Shown here piece after piece: positions 28,716 to 48,018 of a stretch of 64,000 nucleotides of DNA. Position 1 is the stretch's first letter; each line of letters starts with the position of its first letter. A program made the position numbers and the translations under genes. Under the pieces are notes generated by a model. That model was given only the letters and a program-made list of their open reading frames with translations, was not told the origin of the DNA and made no database searches. Source of the stretch: the human T2T-CHM13v2.0 reference genome, Homo sapiens; the NCBI RefSeq assembly GCF_009914755.1, contig NC_060947.1. One strand, 5' to 3'.

Positions 28716-29554
28716 ATAGCATACTGGGGAATTCTTTGGAGACTGGAGGTATCTGGTATTGAAATAATGAAAATTCTGAATCCTTGCCTGTATCAGAAAG
28801 AACCTGGAGCCATTCCACAGTTGTAGTCCAGAATTCTGGGGTTGAGATGATACCCAAAGGGCTCTTACAACTAACCACATTTGCTGTCAAAAATTTGGAT
28901 TCCTTCCACCAAGAACATGGATCAAACAGAACATTTTTATAATCTGGTCAGGAATTATATAATTAGGCAAACATTTTTATCCCTAGAGGACTTTCTCATC
29001 ATCCAAGGCAGTACCTGTAATTACTCTAACTGGTCTAATCCCATATCTTTTTGGCAATAACAACAGCAAAATCATATTCCTCAAATGCATGATTGCATGC
29101 AGTTTTAATCAAAGTGAAAGAAGAACACTCAAACCGATATCAGCAGTGGATTGGCTTCTAGCATTTTCCTTTAGTTTTTTATGTTTATTGAATGACTTTT
29201 CTCTTTGTAGGCCTGACTGAAAAGAACTTGACTGTGGAACTATATTTCACTCACATGAAAATGTCAAGACGTGTTAAAAAAAAAAAGCAATAAAAACAGA
29301 AGAAATACTGAGAGAATTTATAATATAATGTTGGGGGGTGCCTTGCTTCTCTGATGTTCATTGTCTGCACACATAGTAGATTAATGAAAAGTGAAAGGGA
29401 GTGGATTTTTTTTCACTTTTTACACTTTAAGAAACAAAGAACAATATTAGATGGTATTTATCAAAAAGTAAATACATAATTCTAGTGATAATCATCAATA
29501 TTTTTTTCCTTTCCTCAGTACAAAGATAGATAAAATGAGTGCCTTCACTTCTGA

Positions 29555-29668
29555 ATCCTCAAGGTTTCCTCTAGTGCAAGGACCCTGCTTTATTCATCTT
29601 TGAGTCCTCTGCACTCAATAATGTGACTAGCACTTAATATGTAGTCAATAATTTTCTGCTGAATCAAA
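29555..29668 (+). mobile_element. L2 3' end
   Basis: GCAAGGACCCTGCTTTATTCATCTTTG...TCAATAATTTTCTGCTGAAT. Confidence 0.6.
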
Positions 29669-29839
29669 CTGTAAGGGTGAAAAACCAATCCTCATAGAAC
29701 TTGCAAAGAGACACATATGAAGGCATACAAGCAATAGACACTATGGATTTTAAATCCCAAAGCATAGTTCTTTGCCAATGATATTTGTCAGGTAATTGAA
29801 ATTGCTTATTGTTTAATCCAGTCTATAGTTATTATTCTA

Positions 29840-30065
29840 ATAGTAACATTTATCACTTACCTACTAGGTGCCAAACCCTTCAGTGGAAAGTGAGTATATT
29901 TGTGTTTTAAGATTCTCATAAGTCCTGTGAAGTAGAAATTGTTATCACCCAAAGTGAGATTCTGAGAGATTAAATAACTTGCTGAAGGTCAGACAGTTAA
30001 TATATGACGGAATAAGAATAAGAAACTTAAATGTGTGTCTCCAGAGCCTATACTCTTGCTGTCAC
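29840..30065 (-). mobile_element. MIR
   Basis: GAGAGATTAAATAACTTGCTGAAGGTCAGACAG core. Confidence 0.7.
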
Positions 30066-30529
30066 TTATGATATTGTCTGAAACTTTGAGCTGAGCCATG
30101 TGTATATACTTTATGAACAGCAAGCATACTGTTTAAACAATGTCAATGAGGATTACATTGGACATATCAAAAAATAATATCAAAGAGAAAATGTTGAGCA
30201 TTATGAAAAGGAGTTTCCTGTGTCTAGGGATGATTGGTTTGATTATCTATGTGTGCAACGTTTGTTTTAAACATAAGGTTTTAAATATTAAAAGGAAAAA
30301 CTAAAGGATTCTAGAAAAAAGCTAATTTACTAGAGTATTTTAAAAATAATCAATAATTACAGTCCACAACTAGAAAATACAGAAAGTCTTGGATATAAGG
30401 TCAAACATAATAAAAGTATCTCTAAGCATGGTGTCCTTTTTTCTTCATGTTGTAAAGCTAGTTGAATCCAAAGGCCTCTGGTTAACATATAATTGAGAGG
30501 CAACATTCCTAGAAAAATAAATAAATACT

Positions 30530-30533
<4 letters not shown>

Positions 30534-30561
<28 letters not shown>
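30534..30561. repeat. (TG)n microsatellite
   Basis: Direct reading. Confidence 0.97.
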
Positions 30562-30563
<2 letters not shown>

Positions 30564-32206
30564 CTGTTACCACTAGACCAATTTTATGATTTCATCTATA
30601 ATTTATAAATATGCTTTCATTTGGACCCTTTATGCTTTATTAATCTGAGAGTGAGGATGACATTAAGACCTATCCTCTTTTCTTTCTCTTTCTCTTAAGA
30701 TGGCAACACTTCGTATTGGTTTTTAGGGGTTTCAAAACACTTCAACATTCTTCATCTCACATGGTCAATAGAAATATTACCAATATTATGTTGTCCATAT
30801 TGCAGATGAAGAAGGAGCAGAACAAGGCAACTTGTAGCAAAGTGGAATCAAAACCGAGTTTCCTGGTAGCCAGGTTCAGTGCTCCTTCCTCTAATAAAGC
30901 ACTGGTCTGGATATTTTCTTGGTCCAATCTCCGTGCTTGGTTGTCTTCACATTGATTTTCTAACCTGACAGGATAGAAATACTGACTGTTGTTGAAATGA
31001 GTTACCAAACTGGAAAAAAATAAATAAATAAATTAACACACACACGAAGAGCCCAAGAAACCCAAATCACCGTTGCTTTTGTAAGTTTAAACTGAAAATT
31101 TTTCCATGAATAAGCTTGAGACAACCTGGACCTAAATTTTTCCAGCTATCCCTCCCCCAGTTCCTCTTTTCCACCATAGGCTTTAGAGCTACTAGCAAGC
31201 AATAGAATGATGCCAGGATTAAGTGCTGTTTGAGGATTGGCATCACACGATTGGAGAGGCCTGTCTGGTGTTTTCTTTTTAATATTTCTACAAACTCTTC
31301 CACAAACCTTAAGCATCAAACTTCTTATTTTTTTATATAAATACTTATCTCCAGCAAACTTGCTCCTTTGTTTAATATTTTAATAATATTTGGAGAGGAT
31401 AGAAATTCCTAGGGGGCAAAGGTGTAGCCATGGTAGAACAAAACAGTATGTTTATATCCATGTTGGAATGATCGAGGGAGAGAGTAAGTATGCATATATA
31501 GAGAGAGCCCTTAAACTGGCATTAGTATGTATGAAGACAATGTTAAAAGCCTTGCAAAACCTGAAGAAGGAAACCATCTCTGAAATTACTGGAAGAGATT
31601 TCCAATTCATCAAGTACTATTTAATTACTTTAAAGCTTCAACTTAAAAACAAATCCAGCGGAATGATGGCATTGAGGGTTTCTTAATCATATTTTATCAC
31701 ACTCCTTAGCAGATTGGTCGGTGAAAGGAGCAAAATCAATCTGAAATTTCCTGGGATTATTAACCATTTAAAACACTAGATTTTGGTATTGGCCAATCCA
31801 TCAAACAGAAATATGCTTCTTTAAGGCATGAAAAGTTATTAATTCACTGACCCATGATTATTTTCCTATGTGAAACACACAGTTAATAATAGGGATAAAA
31901 CACTTCTCTAAAAATTCCATAATTCAAATAAAATCAAACTTGATTGACTCAGAAATCTGCTTCCCCCTCCCCCAGGGACTGCATTATAGCTGCTGTAGGA
32001 TCATCATGAGATTAGTAACCTTTGTGAGATTTTTTTGTCAGATGTTTAGTCTTTGTTATGGCAGAGAAAATACTCTTTTTAGGATAAGCAATGATTTGTG
32101 TGCGCATACAGATCGAAAAAGTTTGTCAGGATTTTGCTTGACCTCTCAGCTCAGCCTAAGACTGGGAACCTTAAATTTTAAGTTCTAAGTTAAAAGTGGT
32201 ACAGAG

Positions 32207-32512
<306 letters not shown>

Positions 32513-33152
32513 AAATGATACAGAGTATTCAGCTAATTTTTGGTATCAAGGTATGGATTTTTTTCTGCTTTTTCCTCACATATTTTGTTGGCTTTTAGTC
32601 TGGACCTGTTAATGCAGGATTTCCAGACCTCTCGTTAAATTCCCTAAGATTTTTTTTTTGGAATTTCCCAATTTAATTTCCTATATGTTGATAAATAAGC
32701 CTTGTCAATGGTTGATTACCTTTCCATGTTCTCTATGTTTTGCCTCCTCCACCTCCCAGTGATATACATTACCACTTTTTTGTGTGTTCAGAGAGGAGTC
32801 ATTTCTACTGGACAGCACCATCTCCTTTTGAGCACTGCAGTCTTCGTCAAGATTCATTATCGCATCTGCTTGGTACCACTATTTCATACCATAATGGTGC
32901 ATTTTTTTTGGATTCCTCAATATTCCTTAATCACCTTATGTTCATTGTAGTAATGGAGACAATGGCTCCCTCCTATGTAAATGTTAGACTTTTTCTGCAA
33001 ATGAATGCGCCAAAGTATTTTAAATTGTCTAGTAAAACTTTTTAAAATGTTGTTTTCTCTATTTACAATGAATGTCCACCCCACCCCTCATGTGACACAT
33101 AAGAATATCTGTGATGTGAAGATTGTACATTAAAATAAATAAAATAAGTGAT

Positions 33153-33158
<6 letters not shown>

Positions 33159-33194
<36 letters not shown>
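33159..33194. repeat. (TG)n microsatellite at an L1 tail
   Basis: Direct reading. Confidence 0.97.
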
Positions 33195-33197
<3 letters not shown>

Positions 33198-33199
33198 AG

Positions 33200-34890
33200 C
33201 GTTTAGCTTTTTAGGTTCAGGGGTACATGTGCAGGTTTTTCATATCTTTAGGTAAATTGCACATCATTGAGGTTTGATGTACAGATTCTTTTGTCACCCA
33301 GGTAATAATCACAGTACCCAATAGGTAGTTTTTGATCCTTTCCCTCCTCCCACTCTACCCTTTCAAATAGGCCCTGATGTCTGTTGCCCCCATCTTCGTG
33401 TCCATGTGTACTCAATATTTAGCTCCCACTTATAAATGAGAACATGTGGTATTTGGTTTTCTGTTCCTGTGTTACCTTGCTTAGGATAATTGTCTCCAGC
33501 TCTATCCGTGTCACTGCAGAAGGCACGAGCTCATTCTCTTTTATGACTGCATAGTATTCCATGATGTATGTGTACCACATTTTCTTTATCCAGTTTACTG
33601 TTGATGGGAATTTAGGTTTATTCTATGTCTTTACTAATGTGAGTAGCGCAACGATGAACATATGCATGCATGTGTCTTTATGGTAGAACAATTCACATTC
33701 CTTTTGGCATACACCCAATAATGGGATTGCTGGGTTGAACGGTAGTTCTGTTTCTAGTTCTTTGGAAAATTGCCACACTGCTTTCCACAATGGCTGAACT
33801 AATTTACATTCTTACCAGCAGTGTATAAGTATTCCATTTTCTCTGCAACCTCACCAGCATCTGATTTCTTTTTACTTTAATAATAGCCATTCTGACTGGT
33901 GTGAAATGGCATCTCACGGTTTTGATTTGCATTTCTCTAATGATTATTGATATTGAGCTTTTTTTGTATGCTTGTTGGCTACCTTTATGTCTTCTTTTGA
34001 TAAATATCTGTTCATGTCCTTTGCCCATTTTTATGAGGTTGTTTGTTTTTTGCTGGTTAGTTTAAGTTCCTTATAGATGCTGGATATTAGACCTTTGTTG
34101 GATGCATAGTTTGCAAATATTTTCTCCCATTCTGTAGGTTGTTTGTTCACTCTGTTGATAGCTTCTTTTGCTGTGCAGCAGCTCTTTAGTTTAATTAGGT
34201 CCCATTTGTTAACTTTTTTTTGGTTGCAATTGCTTTTGGCATCTTCAACATGAAATATTTTCCAGGTCCTATGTCCAGAATGATATTTCCTAGGTTATTT
34301 TCCAGGGTTGTATAGTTTTATGTATAGTTTTATAAGTATTCTGTATCATTTTATAAGTTTTATATATAGGTTTACATTTAAGTCTTTAATACATTTTGAG
34401 TTGATTTTTATATACGGTGTAAGGAAGGAGTCCAGATTCTCTCTTCTGCATATGGCTAGCCAGTTATTGCAGCATCATTTATTGAATAGTTTTCCCATTG
34501 CTTGTTGACTTTGTTGAAGATGAGATTGTTGTAGGTGTGTGGTTTCATTTCTAGGCTCTCTATTCTGTTCCACTCGTCTGTGTCTGTTTCTGTACCAGCA
34601 CCATGCTGTTTTGCTTAATATAGCATTGTAGTATAGTTTGAAATTGGGTAATGTGATGCTTCTAACTTTGTTCTTTTTGCTTAGGATTGCCTTGGCTATT
34701 TGGGCTTTGTTTGGTTCAATATGAATTTTATAATAGTTTTTTCTAGTTCTGTGAAGAATGTCATTTGTAATTTGGTAGAAATAGCATGGAATCTGCTTTG
34801 GGATGTAAGTCCATTTTAACAATATTGTTTCTTCCTATCCATGAACATGGAATTTTTTTTCATTTGTTTGTGTCATTTCTAATTTATTTG
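33200..34890 (-). mobile_element. 5'-truncated L1PA15/16-like LINE-1
   Basis: 3'UTR GTCACCCAGGTAATAATCACAGTACCCAATAGG; degraded ORF2 peptides ([18 protein letters not shown]). Confidence 0.85.
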
Positions 34891-35597
34891 GGCTGTTAAG
34901 CAGCGTGTTTTATAGAGGTTTACATGTTTACAAATCTTTCTTCTTTTAGTGTAATGACTCAGCCTACATGTCAATAAATTTTGGCAGGTCCCATAAGCTA
35001 ACACTTCCTAGATATGTAAAGAAAAGTGAAAGCAACTGAAATATAGACATGGTCATATTCTTCCTTGCTCTTATATGGAGTTGCTAATGAGTACAGGAGT
35101 ATGGGTGGGAGTTATGCTAAAAACCCATCAGCTCATTTTGTTTTCAATTTTAACTTGTGTCTTTGTCAAACCATCCTCTATCAGGCTAAAAATAGTTGTG
35201 TAAGGACAGCCTGCTACAATATAATTGTTTTCAATATTTTTGCTTCTGAACTGTTCACATGCACAAGACATTCTCTTATAGTTTTCTCACTGTAGTGATT
35301 CTTAAGGAAGTTCTCAAGGCTGGGGAGGGAGCTGTAGGACGTGGATGCATAGAACACATATCAGATAATCTGGACTGTGAGGAAATACGTGTAGCCTCAA
35401 AAACCCCAGCCCCTGGAGATTTTTACAGGATCCCAGCCCCACCCTTGCTTCATGGAATAGTGAAAGATTCCGGGAATGGGGGTATTGTTTTTCTTTCCTA
35501 TGATCCAGTCTATTTTATTAATCCTTATTTTACTGTGACTTTTGAACTCTCTCCTTTGTTTTTGTTTACAGAATTTTTGCTCTACAGATGAGGCATA

Positions 35598-36058
35598 TGT
35601 TGTAATATAGTTTTGTTTTGTTTTTTGAAATGCTGTCTTGACCCAGTTTGAGGTCAAGGCTAGTCAGTTCCCTTCTTGAGCAGCTGATTAAGTCCACACC
35701 CCAATTACTTTCCTTATGGAGCTTTCACACTCCTCTAGGCCACTCTACACCTACCCTAATTGCCCTGGGACCAGGTATCAGACAACTAGAGACATCCCCT
35801 ATACCCCAGAGCCTACTTGGCCAATTCACAGGGAACCTGTGAAACCAAATTAACCCCACTGCATTTGCCATACATTAAGCTGCCCCCTACAGCTCCTACT
35901 TGCTTTTACCCTGTTCCCGTGAGTAACTCCCTATGTGGCCCTGCCTGGCAGCATTCCCTCATTTCAAGATATAAGTAACAAAGCGTACTGCCTTTCATCT
36001 ATCCAAGTGACATTGCATTGTGTCCTGCCATCAAAAGAACTTTTAAGTCTTTTAATAT
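35598..36058 (+). mobile_element. ERVL solo LTR, MER73/MER74/MER54 group
   Basis: CCCTTCTTGAGCAGCTGATTAAGTCCACACCCC and CCAGGTATCAGACAACTAGAGACA motifs. Confidence 0.7.
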
Positions 36059-36139
36059 CTATTTTTATATAGTAAGATTTATCTAGTCTTTCAATTGCAT
36101 CTGACTTTACAATCAGATCTCCCGCAATCAGATGCTCGT

Positions 36140-36388
36140 AGCAGAATATAGTGAGACTTGGAGTAAGAACTGTCTGAATTCAGATTTCTGACACTGATGG
36201 GCTGTGTTACCTGGAACAAGGTCCTGTCTCTCTGGGTCTTGGTTTCTTTATTTATAAAGTAAGACTATCAATAATAGTGCCTATTTCACAGTGTATGGTA
36301 ATAATTAAATGACATAATATGTATAAAACTCTTTGCATACTACCTGGCATATAGCAAACACTAAATAAATGGTGGCTATTATTATTAA
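36140..36388 (+). mobile_element. MIR
   Basis: GGCTGTGTTACCTGGAACAAG...CCTGGCATATAGCAAACACTAAATAAATG. Confidence 0.75.
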
Positions 36389-37495
36389 TAGGTGTATATT
36401 TCATGTTTCTTTCTGGTTTGACTATAATTATTTTTATTGTTCTCCTGGGGCTTGTTTTGTAGAGTAACAACATGAGTGTTTTACTTCCAAAGGATAATCA
36501 AATGTCCCAGTAGGATTTTTTGAATTAATCCTTCAATTATCCAATAATTTATTATTCTACTTTTGCCATATACTCCTTATAAGTTCTAGGGTATTTTTGT
36601 ATTGTCTGTTTTGCTCCATTCGTCTGGTTATTCTTAAACAAGAATCACACTATTTTAGGCATTGATGTTTTAAATACCTTTAATGAAAGATGACTTTCTT
36701 CCTTTTTTAAAAGTAATTTCTTAGATATTCTTGCCTTTTTACTATTCACAATAAATTTTAGAAAAATTGTGGCATATTAAAAATACTTGATTGGCAATTT
36801 TATTTTGATTGAATAAAGTGTAAAAAATATGGGATAAACTGACTTTTTAAAATTTATTATACTTTAAGTTCTGGGACACATACGCAGAATGTGCAGGTTT
36901 GTTACATAGGTATACAAGTGCCGTGGTGGTTTGCTGCACCCATCAACCCGTCATTTACATTAGGTATTTCTCCTAATGCTATCCAACGCCTAGCCCCCCA
37001 CTCCTTGACAGGCCCTGGTGTGTGATGTTTCCCTCCCTGTGCCCATGTGTTCTTATTGTTCGCCTCCCACTTATGAGTGAGAATATGTAGTGTTTGGTTT
37101 TCTGTTCCTGTGTTAGTTTGCTGAGAATGATGGTTTCCAGCTTCATCCATTTCCCTGCAAAGGGCATGAACTCATCCTTTTTTACGGCTGCATAGTGTTC
37201 CATGGTGTGTATGTGCCACATTTTCTTTTTTTTTTTTTTTTAATTTTTATTTTTTAATCTTTTTTTTTTTTTTCTTTTTTTATTATTATTATTATACTTT
37301 AAGTTTTAGGGTACATGTGCACATTGTGCAGGTTAGTTACATATGTATACATGTGCCATGCTGGTGCGCTGCACCCACTAACGTGTCATCTAGCATTAGG
37401 TATATCTCCCAATGCTATCCCTCCCCCGTCCCCCGACCCCACCACAGTCCCCAGAGTGTGATATTCCCCTTCCTGTGTCCATGTGATCTCATTGT

Positions 37496-41350
<3,855 letters not shown>

Positions 41351-41386
41351 TTAGTTGATGCAGTTTCTTCCTAGTCTCGATGGTCT

Positions 41387-42403
41387 TTACATTTTGGCAT
41401 GATTTTGCAGCGGCTGGTACCGGTTGTTCCTTTCCATGTTTAGCACTTCCTTCAGGAGCTCTTTTAGGGCAGGCCTGGTGGTGACAAAATCTCTCAGCAT
41501 TTGCTTGTCTATAAAGTATTTTATTTCTCCTTCACTTATGAAGCTTAGTTTGGCTGGATATGAAATTCTGGGTTGAAAATTCTTTTCTTTAAGAATGTTG
41601 AATATTGGCCCCCACTCTCTTCTGGCTTGTAGGGTTTCTGCCGAGAGATCCACTGTTAGTCTGATGGGCTTTCCTTTGAGGGTAACCCGACCTTTCTCTC
41701 TGGCTGCCCTTAATATTTTTTCCTTCATTTCAACTTTGGTGAATCTGACAATTATGTGTCTTGGAGTTGCTCTTCTCGAGGAGAATCTTTGTGGCGTTCT
41801 CTGTATTTCCTGAATCTGAACGTTGGCCTGCCTTGCTAGATTGGGGAAGTTCTCCTGGATAATATCCTGCAGAGTGTTTTCCAACTTGGTTCCATTCTCC
41901 CCATCACTTTCAGGTACACCAATCAGACGTAGATTTGGTCTTTTCACATAGTCCCATATTTCTTGGAGGCTTTGCTCATTTCTTTTTATTCTTTTTTCTC
42001 TAAACTTCCCTTCTCGCTTCATTTCATTCATTTCATCTTCCATTGCTGATACCCTTTCTTCCAGTTGATCGCATCGGCTCCTGAGGCTTCTGCATTCTTC
42101 ACGTAGTTCTCGAGCCTTGGTTTTCAGCTCCATCAGCTCCTTTAAGCACTTCTCTGTATTGGTTATTCTAGTTATACATTCTTCTAAATTTTTTTCAAAG
42201 TTTTCAACTTCTTTGCCTTTGGTTTGAATGTCCTCCCGTAGCTCAGAGTAATTTGATCGTCTGAAGCCTTCTTCTCTCAGCTCGTCAAAATCATTCTCCA
42301 TCCAGCTTTGTTCCGTTGCTGGTGAGGAACTGCGTTCCTTTGGAGGAGGAGAGGCGCTCTGCGTTTTAGAGTTTCCAGTTTTTCTGTTCTGTTTTTTCCC
42401 CAT
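41387..42403 (-). CDS. ORF1: L1 ORF1p, intact 338 aa RNA-binding chaperone
   Basis: MGKKQNRKTGNSKTQSASPPPKERS...; REKG, ARR and YPAKLS motifs intact. Confidence 0.96.
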   Translation of the reverse strand: MGKKQNRKTGNSKTQSASPPPKERSSSPATEQSWMENDFDELREEGFRRSNYSELREDIQTKGKEVENFEKNLEECITRITNTEKCLKELMELKTKARELREECRSLRSRCDQLEERVSAMEDEMNEMKREGKFREKRIKRNEQSLQEIWDYVKRPNLRLIGVPESDGENGTKLENTLQDIIQENFPNLARQANVQIQEIQRTPQRFSSRRATPRHIIVRFTKVEMKEKILRAAREKGRVTLKGKPIRLTVDLSAETLQARREWGPIFNILKEKNFQPRISYPAKLSFISEGEIKYFIDKQMLRDFVTTRPALKELLKEVLNMERNNRYQPLQNHAKM

Positions 42404-43298
42404 CTTTGTGGTTTTATCTACTTTTGGTCTTTGATGATGGTGATGTACAGATGGGTTTTCGGTGTAGATGGCCTTTCTGGTTGTTAGTTTTCCTTCTAAC
42501 AGACAGGACCCTCAGCTGCAGGTCTGTTGGAATACCCTGCCGTGTGAGGTGTCAGTGTGCCCCTGCTGGGTGGTGCCTCCCAGTTAGGCTGCTCGGGAGT
42601 CAGGGGTCAGGGACCCACTTGAGGAGGCAGTCTGCCCGTTCTCAGATCTCCAGCTGCGTGCTGGGAGAACCACTGCTCTCTTCAAAGCTGTCAGACAGGG
42701 ACACTTAAGTCTGCAGAGGTTACTGCTGTCTTTTTGTTTGTCTGTGCCCTGCCCCCAGAGGTGGAACCTACAGAGGCAGGCAGGCCTCCTTGAGCTGTGG
42801 TGGGCTCCACCCAGTTCGAGCTTCCCGGCTGCTTTGTTTACCTAAGGAAGCCTGGGCAATGGCGGGCGCCCCTCCCCCAGCCTCGTTGCCGCCTTGCAGT
42901 TTGATCTCAGACTGCTGTGCTAGCAATCAGCGAGATTCCGTGGGCGTAGGACCCTCTCAGCCAGGTGTGGGATATAGTTTCGTGGTGCGCCGTTTCTTAA
43001 GCCGGTCTGAAAAGCGCAATATTCGGGTGGGAGTGACCCGATTTTCCAGGTGCGTCCGTCACCCCTTTCTTTGACTCGGAAAGGGAACTCCCTGACCCCT
43101 TGGGCTTCCCAGGTGAGGCAATGCCTCGCCCTGCTTCGGCTCGCGCACGGTGCGCGCACACACTGGCCTGCGCCCACTGTCTGGCACTCCCTAGTGAGAT
43201 GAACCCGGTACCTCAGATGGAAATGCAGAAATCACCCGTCTTCTGCGTCGCTGACGCTGGGAGCTGTAGACTGGAGCTGTTCCTATTCGGCCATCTTC
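42404..43298 (-). promoter_or_regulatory. L1 5'UTR with internal sense promoter and antisense promoter; YY1 core at 43288-43297
   Basis: CpG-rich L1HS/PA2-type UTR; CGGCCATCTT at the terminus. Confidence 0.9.
42859..43074 (+). CDS. ORF0: L1 ORF0 (antisense, 71 aa), intact
   Basis: GCAATGG Kozak context; MAGAPPPASLPPCSLISDCC...RCVRHPFL*. Confidence 0.85.
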   Translation: MAGAPPPASLPPCSLISDCCASNQRDSVGVGPSQPGVGYSFVVRRFLSRSEKRNIRVGVTRFSRCVRHPFL

Positions 43299-43315
43299 TG
43301 TGCCACATTTTCTTT

Positions 43316-46925
<3,610 letters not shown>

Positions 46926-46996
46926 TATGATGCTGGCTGGTTATTTTGCCCATTAGTTGATGCAGTGATGCAGTTTCTTCATAGTGTCAATGGTCT

Positions 46997-48018
46997 TTAG
47001 AATTTGGTATGTTTTTGCAGTGGCTGGTATCTGTTTTTCCTTTTCATATTTAGTGCTTCCTTTAGGAGCTCTTGTAACGCATGCCTAGTGGTGACAAAAT
47101 CTCTCAGCATTTGCTTGTCTGAAAAGGATTTTATTTCTCCTTCACTTATGAAGCTTAATTTGGCTGAATATGAAATTCTGGGTTGAAAATTCTTTCCTTT
47201 AAGAATGTTGAATATAGGTCCCCACACTCTTCTGGCTTGTAGTGTTTCCACAGAGACATCCACTGTTAGTCTGATGGGCTTCCCTTTGTAGGTAACCCGA
47301 CCTTTCTCTCTGGCTGCTCTTAACATTTTTTTCCTTCATTTCAACCTTGGTGCATCTCACGATTATGTGTCTTGGGTTTGTTCTTCTCGAGGAGTATCTT
47401 TGTGGTGTTCTCTGTACTTCCTGAATTTGAATGTTGGCCTGTCTTGCTAGGTTGGGGAAGTTCTCCTGGATAATATCCTGAAGAATGTTTTCCAACTTGG
47501 TTCCATTCTCCCCATCACTTTCAGGTACACCAATCAAACGTAGATTTGGTCTTTTCACATAGTCCCATATTTCTTGGAGGCTTGCTTTGCTCCTTTTCAT
47601 TGTTTTTTCTCTAATCTTGTCTTCACGCTTTATTTCATTAAGTTGATCTTCAATCTCTGATATCCTGTCTTTTGCTTGATCAATTCGGTTATTGATAGTT
47701 GTGCATGCTTCACAAAGTTCTCTTGCTGTGTTTTTCAGCTCCATCAGGTCATTTCTGTTCTCTAAAATGGTGATTCTAGTTAGCAATCCACTAACCTTTT
47801 TTCAAAGTTCTTAGCTTCCTTGCGTTGTGTTAGAACATGCTCCTTTAGCTTGGAGGAGTTTGCTATTACGCAGCTTCTGAAGCCTACTTCTGTCAATTCA
47901 TCAAACTCATTCTCCGTCCAGTTTTGTTTTCTTGCTGGTGAGGAGTTGTGATCCTTTGGAGGAGAAGAGTCGTTCTGGTTTTTGGAATTTCAGCCTTTTT
48001 GCCCTGGTTTTCCCTTAT
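46997..48018 (-). pseudogene. ORF1: L1PA7 ORF1, degraded (start ATG>ATA, frameshifts)
   Basis: QEIWDYVKRPNLRLIGVPE and REKG fragments. Confidence 0.9.

Noticed and set aside
27000-32200. Many 60-100 aa ORFs in the least repetitive region
   Set aside because: AT-rich, no homology I recognise, no coherent exon chain
34306-34370. Local TATAGTTTTA duplications in an L1 (similar case near 60990-61050)
   Set aside because: Ordinary slippage in decayed repeats
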